Source: the human T2T-CHM13v2.0 reference genome, Homo sapiens. Taken from it: a stretch of 64,000 bases of DNA. The DNA is taken from assembly GCF_009914755.1 (NCBI RefSeq), contig NC_060930.1; one strand, written 5' to 3'. Position 1 is the first letter of the stretch. Each line of letters starts with the position of its first letter. This document shows, piece by piece, positions 44,171 through 59,108 of this stretch. Under the pieces are notes generated by a model that was given only the letters and a program-made list of their open reading frames with translations, was not told the DNA's origin and ran no database searches. The position numbers were made by a program, and so were the translations under genes.

Positions 44171-45849
44171 GGTGAGGCCAGGTTCATTGCCCCAGTGATG
44201 GGAAGGGCTTGGAAGGCAGGGCAGTGGGCCCCTGAAGGGGAGGCTGCATCATCCCACTGGCAGCTCCTGAACTTCTGTGTAGGAGGGGTTATGGGTAGGA
44301 AGACACTAGGGCACTTGTCTTGTGACTGTGTCTCAGAGTGGCATGGTGTGCAGTAGTCACTGCAGGGAGTTCTGGAGGAGTTGCTGTGGATTATGGGGGT
44401 TCAGCTCCCCCTGGGCCAGCCTGTGCTTTCTCTCTGGGCTAGAGCAAGGGGGGCACCTAAGATGATTAAGAGGAAGCTGGATCTTAGGCAGGTGATTAGG
44501 GCCAACCTCATGGTTTTGCCTGGGATCTGCTTTGTTTCCAAATGGACACAGGCAGAGAGAAGCTGTTGCAGAACTGTTTTTGTCCTTGAGGGTGAGTGAA
44601 GCTTAGCAGAAAAATTAGTCCCCTTCCCTATCTATGAATTGCTCCCCCATTGTTAATGCCTGTTTTAACTGGAGCAGGTCAGTGCGGGTCAGGAGGATTC
44701 ATGATTTTATGGTGAATGAACTAGAACAGATATGGGATTACTGGCAGGAATTCAAAGCTCAGACACTTTCCTCAGACCTCTGACTTGCATAATGAAAATT
44801 CAGCTGCTCAATTCAATTGGGAGCCAGGTAAACAAGAGAAGGAAGGGTGAATAGGAAAAGGTAAATTAAATCATGAAGCAAATGTCAAGTAGAGGTAAAA
44901 GTAGAAGTTAGGCCTGACAGGGGGATGATTTTTGATTCACAATCAGTATTTCCTCCTACATTTCTGATGGGATCAATTTGGTAAGTGGAGGCTGCTGCCT
45001 GATAGGAATTTGTAGAATCAGTTGGAGAAGGAAACTCCTGTAACCTCTCCCGCTGAGGAAGGACGCGCATCTGGTCTTTGTGGACTTCCCGGCTGTCCTT
45101 CCGCCTCCTGTTCCTGATGTGTTTGAAATCCCCAGCATTAACTGGGATTCCCTTCCATCACCGTGCAGCCTTGTTCAGTTCTGCTAGGGGATCAGTTCTT
45201 AGCACAAAATAACCCAGCCGTCCTCCACTGCAGCCTCTGGGGACCGGGGACACGGCAGTTTTATTTGTTGACTTCCAACTTCAGTCCTGAGCGGTGGGCT
45301 TTAGAACGAGCCTGGCTGTCTTTTATTCTTGTGTAGACTGGTTTTCCTCTAAGACCAGTGTCTCCCAGCCCTAGCAACTCCCTCCTCTGCTCCCGTGGAA
45401 AGCCTATGGCCCTGGGAGGGAACGCGTGTGACAAGGACAGAAACCCAGCGTCCAGCCGCAGTGTGTGCGGTCCCCTGACACAGAGATGTAGATTCAGTGA
45501 CAGAGCCCAGGCCACTGAGCCATTTCCCTCTTTACTCCTGGGCTCGGGAGTAACATATTCAAGGGACCTCTAAACAGAAATATTGGTTAGTCTGTGGATT
45601 TGAAGCAAAACAGAGAAAGGGCTTGCCCAGATTCCTCCCCGTGCTTCACGGCAGGACCCAGAGTCCTCAGGCCCTTCTGGACCCCCGCCGGCTTCATTCC
45701 TAGACACTGAGCCATGGTCCCTGCCCTCTGGTTGCAGGGGTGACATGGGCATATAGAATGACAAACTCCAAAGCTGACTCAAGGCCACGTGGGGCTGAGT
45801 GTCCAATGGAAAAGGAACAGGAGGGTGGCCCGGGAGGTGGTGCAGAGCC

Positions 45850-46035
45850 CAGCGCTAGGGCCAGTGCACTGGGGTTTCAGCACCCGAATGGCTGCTTATC
45901 AGTGGTGACTTTGGGTATGTCCATTGTCGTCTTAGTGCCTCAGTTTCCCCAACTGAGAATGGTAGCTAATAATAGTACCTACAATGAGGATTCGATTAGT
46001 CCTTCCCAGAAAGCCCTAAGCAGAGTGCCTAGCTC
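45850..46035 (+). mobile_element. MIR
   Basis: GTGACTTTGGG..GTGCCTCAGTTTCCCC...AATAATAGTACCTAC. Confidence 0.75.
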
Positions 46036-48024
46036 ACAGAAGCTGTTCCGATAAAGGCTAAACTGAAGAGCCTCCTTCCTTGACCTATATGGCTTCTATA
46101 AGTTCATGGGAATGAGCCCTCTCCTCTGGTTGGGCCGAGCAGAGGAGGCTCCATGGAGGAAGAAGGATCTAAACTGGGCCTTGGGAGATGGTTAGGGTTT
46201 TGCTAGGTGAGGAAGACAAGGGAGGGGGCTCTGGGAGGGAGAACTGCGAGAACAAGGCCTGGAGGCAGGGGAGGTGGAGGGGCCGCTTGCTTGGAGTTGG
46301 GGACTCAGTGCTGTTGGGTCGCCCCACTCCTGATGGTCACCTTTCTGGGTGAGGAGCTGGTCTGGATGAATCCTGAGAATGAATCATGAAAGGATGCCAT
46401 AGCTTCTTATGGAAACTCCACTGGCATGTGGGCATGGGAGCCAAGTTCATGTGCCGGAGAGAAGCCGCCAGGGCTGGCTGCGGCAGAGAGTTTATTTTGG
46501 ACAAAAGTGAGGGACATCAAAAGCAAGCTCGAAGCAAGCAATGGCTGAAGGCAGGGAAGGAAGGTATTATCAAATGTCATCATGGGGACACCGTGACTGC
46601 CAAATGCCAGTCAGATCTGAGTCAACATTGGGATATTTTGGGGTCATTATAAAGACTCTGAAGGCTCAATGGTTTTTCTCGCCAGGACACAGTCCTTGCA
46701 TCCTGCCTGAAGGCTTTCAGGTCATGCCCTTTGCTGAGCCCTCCTATGTGCCCACCTTAATGTCGCTGTGTCTGGAGACCCCCCATTGCTGGTTTGAGAC
46801 AGCTCCCTCTTCCTTCTACCTGAGCAGTCCTCCTTCTGCAACCAAGATGAACACTCTCACCCACAGTTACAGCCTTCCCACAATGAGCGTATCCCCCATT
46901 GCTCCTGGGCTCCTCCACCAGCCTTAGGCCTCATCCCCTCTTGGGATCACTGATGGCTCCTTTTCAATGATAGGAAGAAAGCTGAATCCCTGTGAATATG
47001 GTCTATATGGCATTTAGCAGCTTCCTGGGAAAGAGGGGGTACAAGTGGTCAGGACTATTCCTGGATTGCAGCCTTGAAACTAAGGGACATAATTGCAGAA
47101 TCTAATTTTTGGCTGAGATTTCTCTAAGTGCCATATTTAATGTGACACCACTCTGTGGGGGTTGCTCTCACCCTTGGTTGGTCAGAGGTATCTGGAATAC
47201 CCAGAAGGTTCTCTTGAACTCCAGAGAGAAGCGAGGGCCTTCTTGGGGCAGATTGGACTTCTGGATTTGGGCCTGATGGAGACAGCACTTCCAGGGTCAG
47301 CAGATACAGGCATTCTGGAGTGGGCTGAGAAGCATCTTGCCCGCTTGCAAAGTGGCACCCATTTCCACGGGCTGACAGAGTCCTATGCGGCAGAGGGACG
47401 GTGTCCTAGCAAATGAACGAATTTTGGGTGAAACACAGTTCTTCACAAACTTTAAATGCAAGAAGTTAAAGACTGACCAGTTCAGATAGAATTGGCTTAA
47501 AGAAGCAGACTGGATACCCGGCTCAGAACCTGCAAGCATGAGGATGCAGCAGGGCTGGACCAGGTGAGCGTCTCTGCCCCCAACCCTTATGAGTCAATCT
47601 TTCAGGGCACAGCAAAGCCTTCATCAGTCTTGGTTTTTCTTGGGATTAAAAGTAAATTATGTAATGGATTTTGAGTATATGGTCTCTAGTGCCCTAATTT
47701 CTCTTGAAGGAGAGAAATTATCCAATAGGAAGGGAAATTGACAAAAAGCCTGCATTGACTCCATCAGTTAATCAACAGGGATATATCGGCAAGGTGATTA
47801 ACTCTACTAGAAGACCACAGCTCTGGCCAATTCTATTTTAAATCCAAGTAAGGGTGGTAGAAAATGTATATTTTCAAGTCTGGCCTAACAGTTATATACA
47901 TACACAGATTTCATAGATTGATGCAAAGAAAAGGTATCTGGGGAGAGGCAGTTTGTGTCATTTATTCATTTCTTGAAAAATTGAGTGTTTGCTGTGTCCA
48001 AGCCACCATTTTTAGCATTTTGGG

Positions 48025-48581
48025 ACACACACTTTACACCCAGAGACACACACAGACACACACCCAGAGACACTCATACACACAGACATAGGCTAATACA
48101 TACAGAGTCACACTCACACAGACACACCCAGAAACACTCATACACACACACACAGTCACACACACAGAGTGACACTCACACTGATACACACACAGACACA
48201 GTCACATACAGACATACACCCAGAAACACTCATACACACACACACACACACACAGAGTCACACACACAGAGTCACACTCACACAGATACACAGACACACA
48301 GACACAGTCACATATAGACATACACCCAGAAACACTCATACATACACACACACACACACACAGAGTCATATACAGTCACACTCAGACACACAGACAGGCA
48401 CAGTTAAATACAGACACACACCCAGAGACACATACACACTCATAGACATACACTAATACACAGTCACTCACACACACACACACACCCAGAAACACTCATA
48501 TACACACACACACACTGTTATACACAGAGTCACATACAGACACACAGACATACAGAGACATACATATACACACGTACACAC
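48025..48581. repeat. CA/CAGA-rich low-complexity tract with recurring CACCCAGAAACACTCATA unit
   Basis: Directly visible. Confidence 0.93.
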
Positions 48582-49219
48582 TTATTCTCTGCCCTTCAGG
48601 AATTTTACATCTCTGTAAAAATTTTGACCTCTCAAGCAAATGCACAACAGCAATTTAAAACAATTTGGTTGTAGGGCAGAAAAGTGTGCTCCCTGTCTTT
48701 TGGGAGACTGGCCTGGGGAAGAAGATAATTGGGGCTAAGACCATCTATTAGCTTCTACTCCAGTGCATGTGTGGTGCTCATCAAGTGAAAAACCACCCCC
48801 TCCAGGCCCCGCCCCATGGTCCTACTGGATTATATAATGGACCTCAATAATTCCAAATGAGCTATTATACTCTGCCATATAATTATATATTTAGGACACA
48901 TGTAGGGTTAAAAAAAGAAATCCACAGGAAAACACTGAAACAAATTGCAGAGCAATTTCAGTGACTGATTATATTTAAGCTGCAGTGTGTCAGCTGTTCT
49001 CATATTTTTTTTTCAGAGTTCCCAAATCCGTTAGACAATATTCTGAAGCTATCAAACACTGGTCTTTATTTTTGAATCAAAGTCATTTTAGAAACCACGT
49101 CCCTGATCTTTTCGAGACTCATAAAATATAAAAATGGCATCTCATTTTTTTTTTGGACAAGCTTTTTATCTTCTTTGTCCTCTTCAGATAATAAAAATAC
49201 TAACAATAACAAATAAAAG

Positions 49220-49600
49220 CAGTTGTCATTTACCGAGCTCACGTTCTCTGCCAAGTACTGTGGTATGTATTTTATATCAACTCATTTTAGTTTTCACAGC
49301 AAACTTAGGAAGGAGCCATGAGTTGTATGAAGTTCCTGTGGTTGAGGAAGTTTAAATATCATGTTTAAAGACACACAACTCATAAATGATGAAGTTATTA
49401 CTAGAACTGGGCTAATCTATTCTTATAAGTTTTAGCAAAATGACAGCTATAAATTTCCATTTCCCAGAGTATTTTCATATGTGTTGTCTCATTGATTTTT
49501 CACAGTCCTGAACATAGATCAAGGCTCAGTAGAGTGTGGTTGCGATTTTACAGAGGGAAACCCAAGGCTCAGAGAGGTCATGATTTACCCAAACACAGCT
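49220..49600 (-). mobile_element. MIR fragments
   Basis: ATTTACCGAGCTCAC..TGCCAAGTACTGTG; TTTTACAGAGGGAAACCCAAGGCTCAGAGAGGTCATGATTTACCCAA. Confidence 0.68.
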
Positions 49601-51590
49601 CACTTCCAATAGGGCTGCTGAGGCCGTGGCCACGCTCTGCACCAAACAAAGCCAGTGTGCAAATTGGGCCATTGGACCCAGCTCCAGTGCTCATTCACAA
49701 TCCCACACTGAAAAAAGCAAGAGAACAGAACGAACGCACATGCAAAACCACCTATATGGCATCAAGGAGGTCTTTTTCCTCAAGTATGAGCTAGGCTTTT
49801 CCAGCCTGGCTGGAAAGCCTAGCAGAGAATGGGATTCTCTGCTAAGGTCAACAAGATGCGGCGCAGCCACTACCTACGAAGCTGCTTAGCACGCCCCACT
49901 GTGTGCCTGCCCAGGGGAGGACACGCAGCCCTAGGGGTCTGCTTATGATTTCTGCCCCTGCTTGTCTCTGCTGCTTGCAGCCAGCGCTGGCTGGACATGG
50001 AGAGCCAGCACCGAGTTCCATTGCTTCCATTTGGCACCAAGTGCCTGATGGAGCTGTCCACTCTCAACAAGAAAGGGGCCTGAGGTGTTGGGGCAGAATG
50101 AGGGTCCTCGCTTGAGCTCACCTTGACTCTTCTCACAGGCCAGGCCATGAAGGGAGGGGAAACGGAGCAAAGCCAAGAGACAGGGAAAAGTGTGGGGGAT
50201 AACCTGGGGGCTGGAGGGCTGGTTGGGGGGTGCAAGGGGCGGTCGCGGTGAAATCTGGCCTTACGGGCACGGTGCTAGTGGGGAGAACGTTAAAGGAAGT
50301 CACTTTAATCTTCAGAATGAGCTCAGAGGTCCACAGGGTGGATATGGAACCCCTATTCATTCATTTAATATATGATTAGATGTCAGTGTTGTTGGAGTTA
50401 CATTTTAGGAAATGACTATTCATAATGGAAGTCCTGGCACGGTTTCTTTCTAATCAGCAAAACGGGGTGGTGGGCTCAGCTGTGGCACCCTCGCAAGAGG
50501 CTCTTAATTTACGAGTGATGTTAAATTATGCTGGCTGCCAGATAGTCAGATACGGGAAGTGATACAATAAGTCACTGGGGATGTGCTAGTTCTTCTTTTT
50601 TCATTTGACAACCACAGGAAGTGGCCATTAGCCAAGCCATCTGAGAGAAAGCATCTGATTGCTCTGCTACGTGCACAGTATCTTGAGTAACTGCAAAAGC
50701 CTGAGAGGAAGGACTGCAGGGGGTGGGGATGAGAAGCAGGGTGAGGGGGAGGATAGAGATCTGGGGGTCAGGGCCCTCAGAAGCTAGCATCAGGACAGCT
50801 CACGTGGCTTGTTTTTCGCAGGCTCCCCAGGGACTATTCCAGGTTGGGCTAAGCCTAGTCAGGTTTGTCAAAGCCCTACAAAAATAGTTCATGTTATTTC
50901 TGTGGCAAATCATGCACAAAGAACTTATGAATAACTAATTTCTTACTTGGCTCTTTTCTAGAAAGGGTAATTCAATACAATGCGCTTTCCAGTCTGTCAC
51001 AACTGCACGAGGGCAGAGGCAGATTGCAGGTGGGGCAGGACTTCGTAGCCAGGACAAACTTGACTGCAGAGGGTAGCCTGTTCCTCAACCTTCTGAAGCC
51101 CTGACTGAGACTTGAAACTGTAGAGAAATTAGCAGGATTCTGGGGAGAACAGAGTCTGGAGAGAACAGAATGGAGTGTGCATGTTTGAAGATGTATAGTT
51201 TCTAACAGCAATTTCAGTGCTTGTAGGCAATTTATAAATATTCGAGAAAGATGCTACCATACTTGGCTGAAAGGCTGACGGAGATGGTATTAGGTAACGG
51301 AAGTTACAGACAGTGGATGTATGAAGCTGATATTATAGGAGTCCCCTTTCCATCTGGGCAGTATGAACAGGTTGCAACTTACCCTCCTAGTTAGATCCTA
51401 GCCGTCTTAGCTTCCTTTTCTGGCATGGCCAGCCATTGCTTTCTGACCTCTTTGAAATAAATACTTTTATGCCCATAAAAAGAGTGTTTTTTTTTTGAAT
51501 TAAGAAAAAAAGACTTTGATTGGATGGTTTCTAAGCTTTCTTGCACATCGGAGTCGCTGGGTGATCTTGATAACATTCCAGTGCCTTTCT

Positions 51591-51889
51591 TTTCTTTTTG
51601 TTTTTTTTTTTTTTTTTTTTGAGACAGAGTCTCGCTCTGTCGCCCAGGCTGGAGTGCAGTGGTGTGATCTTGGCTCACTGCAAGCCCCGCCTCCCGGGTT
51701 CACGCCATTCTCCTGCCTCAGCCTCTCCGAGTAGCTGGGACTACAGGCACCCACCACCATGCCTGGCTAATTTTTAGTATTTTTAGTAGAGATGGGGTTT
51801 CACTGTGGTCTCGATCTCCTGACCTCGTGATCCGCCCGCCTCGGCCTCCCAAAGTGCTGAGGTTACAAGCATGAGCCACCGTGCCCCGC
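51591..51889 (-). mobile_element. AluY with ~12-bp internal deletion
   Basis: TTCACGCCATTCTCC diagnostic; CACTGTG^GTCTCGATC lacks TTAGCCAGGATG. Confidence 0.94.
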
Positions 51890-54199
51890 TTTTCAGGGCT
51901 TTTCAAAGATCATTTTCTCCAACTCAATGTCCCTGCATTTTCCAGAGTTTGTTTGTTAGCATTGGGTAGCAGTCAGACTGGTTATTTTGCTGTAACAAAC
52001 GACCGTGATATCTCATGTTGGAGGGGCAAGGAAGCACAAGCCCATCTTATTCCCAGAAGGAAAGCCAGAAATATTTGTAGGAAAGTGATAGCTATGCCAC
52101 AGGGATTATTGATTTTGCATTCTAGATTCTTTTAGTTTGAGTAATTCCTTCCAGAATTTTTTGTCTTATAATTTTGAGAATTAAGATATTAATTTTGCTG
52201 CCTCAAAATGGAAATGCTTTCTGGAACCAGGAAGGCAATACCTCTGGTTTTCTTGGACACTTTTGTGACCATTTTCTTAGTTTTGATTACTTCAGCAGTT
52301 AGGATTTTTTTAAACAAACAAACAAATCAAAACAATAAATCCTACTGGTAGATCTGACATAGCTAGTGATTTTTGCACAAGGGCAAAGGAAATCAAAGAG
52401 CATAGAGCCTCTGTATGGTTTTGGGAGAAGGTAATCTTTCCTCTTGGACTTGCACCCTCCATCTTATTGGCCAGGGTTATGGGCCATGGCCACCTGGGTT
52501 GCAAAGAAGCCTCCCTTGCAGAGGAAGGGAAGGAGAAGGGAGAAATGTAAATGGCTTTGGTGGAACCAATGCACAGTGTGAACCCTCAGGAGTAGGCAAA
52601 ACATGTGCTGTAAACTCCAAGTCTAGGCTTTGGGCTATTGTCCCTGATAGTTCAATAAAACTCTCTAGTTAATCCCTAATAAATTTGTGACTGGAATGGC
52701 CTGCAGGTTTTAAGCCATGAAAACAGTTAAATGACCTCACATTGCAGTGTGAGCATCCATTCGGTAACCTGGGTCACTCCTTACCGTTTACCCACACCTA
52801 GATTTTGGGTCATGGTGAGCTAAGCAGAGTTGGATAGAAATTGAATATCAAAATGGAAAATGTCTATACCAAAGTGATCCATCTGATGAAATTACAGTTC
52901 AGAGACATTTTATAATAGAGCTACAGAATATTGAGGCTGGATGGAAAATGTGCAATGGAGCAGTTACAGTTCGGCATCCTCTGCTGAAGTGAAGCAGAGA
53001 ATTAAGACAATTACCTAGTACTTCAGGCAAGAAGAGGTAGTGCTTGTCTTTCTGAAAATAACCTTCCTGAGTCCTATAGCTTTCCCCAGGCCACCAAAGA
53101 TAACATGAGGCTATCCCCATATTTCCCCTGGACTATTGAGTTCATTCTGGAGGAAAATGGCTCTCAGGAGTTAATGGCATTAAGATGTGGTCTGGGCTTT
53201 TGGCTGGTAGATCTTCAGTGAAAGCAGATGGCCACAATGGTATTAAAACTAAAGACTGCAGTAAAGCTTTTAATTGAAAACAATTGGACCCTGCTGGATG
53301 GTAATTACCTTGGCTGCTTGCAAATAATATCCTGCCCCTGATGCCATGAAAGAAAAGCTGAGACGGAGTAAACAGGATCTGCTTGATGTGCATCTAATAA
53401 GCATGGAAGTCCCCAAACTACTTTCTCTAGGGGTCCTCCAGTAAAAAGAGTTAGAAATGAAGAGGAGAGCTTGCTGTAGCACAAATTGTAAAGACAAAGC
53501 GTTCATTTAAAAAACAACCGAATGGGTCCATATTTACTTGGAGAAAATTGGAGTTCCATACCTTCAGGAAAAAAAAAAAAAGATACTTTAAATGCTTCTT
53601 TCTTTTCTCAGTTAATGATAAACGCTAATGAGGAAGATGTCTCATTTGGATGAGTTCCTTGTAGATCTTTGTGCTGCGATGCCTGAGAAGTCACAGGCAT
53701 TGGGCAGTCGAGGCTGAACTGTAAGGTTCATTTTCCTCTTCACTTAAAGTTTTAACCTCTCGAAGCTACGATGGTTCAAATAATATTTAAACGTGGACAG
53801 TAGCTATGCAGGAGGCAGTGACGTAATAAAGTTCCCAGGGACTCAGGCTGGAGGTTAGATGCGTGGGCAAAGTTTGACCACAGGCTCCTTTCTAAAGAGT
53901 CTTAGAAGGGAAGACTAGGGGCGGGGTGGGGTGGGAAAGGTCTTAGGAAGCCAGGGGCTGAGTGGCTCCCAGAAACCACGCCTGAGATCTGAGTGGGTTC
54001 ACTGAACGGGGCTGTAGCACCGCTGCTCCTGCGTGGCCTCCAGGTGGTCCAGGGGACCCCACTCACCTGCCAGGTGGGAAAGCCTGGCCTTTTCCTGGAT
54101 CCTGGCTAGCACTGGGATTTACACGCCTGCTCATCACGCACTGTCAGGAGGCTGCTTCCCTGAACAGCCTTATCTCAGCAGTAAGGGGCACCCACCTGC

Positions 54200-54850
54200 C
54201 CACCCACCCAGGCTTGCCACGGTAAGTCGCCTCCACCTCCCAGCGGCTCCGCTGAGGCTTAGGGCGGGCACCCGGGAGGATGCTGGCCCTGCCCCCATTG
54301 ACGTCATGCCACCATGTGACTCACTCTGACCAATGAGAGGCAAGCGGAAGTGACGGTTATTCCTCCTGCGCGGGAGCTTTGGGGACGCACTTCTGGATGC
54401 CTAGGCCTCTTCCGTTTGCTTCTGGGACTGGCGATACTCGAGGTAATGGCTACTGGCGCCAAGTCGTGGGCGACCTGCAGTGCATGGGTAGAGTAAGGTG
54501 CCTCCGCCCAGTCTAAGCAGCCCTCCCCAGAGCTGGTGGGTTCCCAGGAGTGATGCCTGTTTGTCAGTGAGGCCCCGCGGGGATGAGGACGGAGCATTAC
54601 GCAGCGCACTGCGCCCCCTTGAACTCTGCAGATGCCAGGGTGAGATGGGAGCACCGCGCCAGTCCCAAGGCAGTGCTGGGTGGGCAGTGTGGGGCCTGGG
54701 ACGTCTACCTTCAGGCCCTCTGACTCTCGCTGGATTCGCTGTTCCGGGCAGTGCTGCAGCGCAAAGGCGCCAGGCCTGGCGTGGAACCCGAGCCTGCGCA
54801 GGGCCGCGTCTGCGTTCACAGGGAACGGTGACCCCATTGTGGCAAAACAT
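54200..54850 (+). promoter_or_regulatory. CpG-island, TATA-less promoter of an unidentified gene
   Basis: GC box GGGCGGG 54262, CRE TGACGTCA 54299-54306, AP-1 TGACTCA 54317-54323, GACCAATGAG 54328, ETS GCGGAAGTG 54344-54352; CpG-rich. Confidence 0.88.
54345..54442 (+). other. Probable non-coding first exon (start approximate)
   Basis: Directly downstream of CCAAT/ETS; ends at donor GAG|GTAATG (GT at 54443); T-rich intron-like sequence follows. Confidence 0.5.
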
Positions 54851-54967
54851 CTAACTTAGCTACACATACACGGTAATCGTTTATGGAGCAATAATAAAGC
54901 ACAGAACACAAAATCCACGCGAAAAAGAAAATGTGCATACACGATTTCTTTATAAAAAAGAAACACT

Positions 54968-55270
<303 letters not shown>

Positions 55271-56485
55271 CCAATAAAAGAAAAACTCCCTTAATTATAC
55301 TTTGGGAGCTGGGCTTGGCTATTTCCTTCCTAGAATATTCTCCTATGTTCTCGGCAGTCTAAGTTGTGTGCTGTTATGTTTGGTGGACATCACTTTGTAC
55401 TCACTACATTTAATAGGGGCACAATTCGTTGGATTTCCCGAGGTCTGATTAGTGATGGTTTCTGAAGCAGCTAGTTGATGTTCAGTTCTGGAAAGTTCTC
55501 CCTTATAGAGCAGCGGGAATACTTTCTCAGATACCCTGTTGCCTTTAATGGCTCCACACATGATACCATTCTCTGTTAAGCAGCAGGTGAGCAGGAGGGG
55601 CGCTGTACAAGTCATCAAGGTCTCTCCTCCAAAAGGCAAGATTCTCTTGTAACCATCTAATATATGGTCTTGACAGTTCAAAGATAAGAGTTCCCTGGGG
55701 CCTGAGACAAGCCTCTTCCTTTGGGGAGGAGCCAAGTTTTAGGAAATCTGCCTTCACATTAAAACACAGTTTCTCCTAGCAGCTCTGACTCGTTGGTCTG
55801 TGGGTCCTTGTAGAATGTCTCATCCCTCTTTATGTGGTACCTGTTTGAATGTTTGAAGGCAGTGACCCTCGTCCTCTGAGTTATTTTCTTCACGCCTTTT
55901 TTGAGCATGGGGTTGTGGTCTTTCTGCAGCCTTAGTAGTATTCCACTGGGGACCAAAGGGAGCCCATGCTTTGAATACAATTTTTGAATCATTCTATTCG
56001 TCCTGTTTAGCCCTGAACATTTCAATTTTGGTGGCAGTGCCAGAATATGCGAATAAAGGACTATAATACACTCCTTGATACTGGATTTTGTTTGAGAAGG
56101 ATGTAATGGAAAAGCAAGTTAGCTTGAAACATCCCATAATTTTTCATGGGTAGTTACAATAACTGCTTGCTGTTGGTATTGTGCTATATAATTGCACAGT
56201 GTAATTGCTTCTTGTAGTCCTATAGTATCTGTTCTATAGCATTCTATTTTATAGGTATTTTTAAGGTGCATTTTTTATCGATTTGGCATATACACAGCAA
56301 TAAACTGCTGTGGAATTGATTAGATAGTAGAGTGAAGCTGAAACATTTAGTGCATTGATTCTTAATCTGTAAAGATGTTTATTTGCAGTTCGGCATATAT
56401 TTATTACTATAGTGTAAGTAATGTTAACATTAAAAAGAGTATTTGGGGTGTGTATGCTTCTAATAATAAATTAGAAGTTCCATTG

Positions 56486-56910
56486 TGTGTTAGTCCATTC
56501 TCGTATTGCTATAAAGAATACTTGAGACTGGTTAATTTATAAAGGAAAGAGGTTTAATTGACTCACAGTCCTGCAGGCTGTACAGGAAGCACGATGCTGG
56601 CACCTGCTCTGCTTCTGGGGAGGCCTCAGGAAACTTTTATCATGGCGGAAGGCGAAGGGGGAGCAGGTGTATCACATGGCCAGAGCAGGAGGAAGAGCGA
56701 GGGTTGGGGAGGTGCCATACACTTTTAAACCACCAAATCTCATGAAAATTCACTCCCTATTGCAAGGACAACACCTAGAGGATGGTGCTAAACCATTCAT
56801 GAGAAATCGTCCCCCACGATCCATTCACCTCCCATCACACGCCACCTCCAACTTTGGGGATTACATTTCACCAGGAGATTTGGGCAGGGACACAGATCCA
56901 AACTAGATCA
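56486..56910 (-). mobile_element. MSTA/B solo LTR
   Basis: TGTGTTAGTCCATTCTC...GGGACACAGATCCAAACTAGATCA. Confidence 0.9.
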
Positions 56911-58884
56911 CACCATTAGCCCTTTCCAGATGGTTCCCAGCTTAATGTAGGCCAATAGTAGAAAACCAAGTGATGACTAGAAGATCTCCTAGGCAGGGAT
57001 GTTGATACCTTGCATGTTTATACCTTTTCCATGCCTTGCACAGTGCTGTGACAGTGTAGGATCATGACTAATGTTAGTTGATTGAATGACTCTAGGGAGG
57101 TTATTGTTGAGTCTTCCAGAACTAGTACAGTCAAGTGGTGAATTTTCTTCACCTTTATTTTCCTTGAGCAAAAATGAAATGATTCCTGTTGCCTCTTTGA
57201 GAATGAGCATCCTACTGTAAAAGAGCATTTGTAGGCTTTCTCACTGGGTCCTTGCTAAAGATTTCCTGCAGTTCTTTTTCGTGGTCTTCTTTAGTGTTTT
57301 ACTAGTGTTTTCTAATGACTGCTATAATATATATATATATGAATATTGTCTGTCTTTAGACATTAGTTTATTTTGACTCATTCCTGGTCCTTCTTTCCAT
57401 TTTGCTTCTATTGGTGACCAATGATAGTATGTAGTTAGAATACTGAATTTAATTTTGGGGACGGATGGCACAAGGAGACTGGTAAGATGGAATGGAGGCT
57501 TGTTCTTTGAAATGACATTAACCTTTCAGGGTGTCAGGGAACTATTTAGTGCATTGATCCTTCAGTTTTTGAATTGTTCTCATTTTCTGTTTCCACATTT
57601 TGATCTGGTGAGTAAAGATCAGAGTGAAGAGGGGGAAGATGGGATGTGATTGGAGATGGGAAAGATGGATGGAAAGATGGCATGGGGAAAGTAGATCTAG
57701 TCTCTCTGGGTCCTGGCAAGCTCACAGATAGATGTGGGCCTATATATGGCTGAGAGAGCCTGATTTAGTTTATCACTATTAGAGGTAGTTGACTGAGGTA
57801 GCCAGGAAACGTTATTCATAGCTCTCAGTAAAGTGAATAATTTACTCCCCTTCCCTCTGATAGAATGAAATCTGTAAAGCCTTTGGGACTCTTTGGGTAA
57901 AGTGCTCTACAAACGTGTCAGATGAGTTTTGGTTTTATTACAGAGAAGCCTGGGATGGAAAATGGGAGTTAAGTTAAACATAAGGATTTGTTTCCTGAGG
58001 GAGCCTCTTTTAACATAATTATTTTTTAAAAAAACAAATACGTGATAAAAGAGTTGAAATCATCTACATATTATAAATTTGGTATAGTTATATTTTGAAT
58101 GCAGGTGCAACTCATTTTTTGGTAAATAATTAATATTGTATCTGTAGACTTGCAAAATCCCATATTATCACTTGAATGCAATGATTCTTACGCATGGTCT
58201 CTTGCTGAACCTGTAGTTACTGGGTCTTACAGGTGTGCACAGCAGGCACACTGTACCAGTCACTGAGCTTTACTGGAAAATGGAAAAGCAAGTGGTGTGC
58301 ATGTGTGAGTGAGTATGAGTGTGACTGCTACGGGAGGAAGGAGAAGTAAGGGCAGTGGTGGAGAGGGAGCAAAGGGAAAAAGAGAAAGAATTGGGATTCT
58401 TTAGAGGAACTGTCTCCAAGTTCTCCGTTTCTTCCTTAAGCTGAGGTGCTCAAATTGAACATGGTGTTAAGAGTATGACCATTGTTATTGGCAACAGTGA
58501 CTCATATTGAGGTGCCCATGTATTGTTGAATGGATGGGAACATGATGAGGAGCTAACAAAGCACTTTGTACTCTTTGAAGAATGGCATTATGTTAATGTC
58601 ATCCAAAATAGAAGTGATATTCAAAAGAAGGAAATGAGAAAAGGCAAAATGATATTTAATAATAGGAGATGGCTTTGAATGAGTTTAGCATTGTGGCCTG
58701 GTAGCATAATTTTAAGTAGGTCAGTAAGATTTCTTTTCTTTCTTTTTTCAAAATTGCTGTTTTCTTATAGTTGCTACAATTGATTGTTAGTGTAATTGAC
58801 CAAAAGGTATTCTTGGACACTGCATCAGAGTCATAACTTTAGAGGTCAGGTCTGGTCAAGTGAAGGAAACATTTGAACTAAATC

Positions 58885-59040
58885 ATGTGTTATAATATAC
58901 ATAATGTATAATCATATATAATATTTATATATATAAATTCATATTTTGTGTATGACATATTATGTATACATATTATATGTATACATGTTATGTTACATAT
59001 TCATACATAATACATAATTAATATATACATATATAATCAT
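58885..59040. repeat. AT-rich (TA/TATG) low-complexity tract
   Basis: Directly visible. Confidence 0.85.
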
Positions 59041-59108
59041 AAGGCTGGGCATAACAGGTGACACCAGCTGCAGGCCATTCATCCACCTGTCAGCCACCTC
59101 CCCAGGAA

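Noticed and set aside
55343-56025. Minus-strand ORFs of 130 and 88 aa downstream of the promoter as a gene or processed pseudogene
   Set aside because: Non-ATG starts, no recognisable homology, no poly-A/TSD hallmarks.
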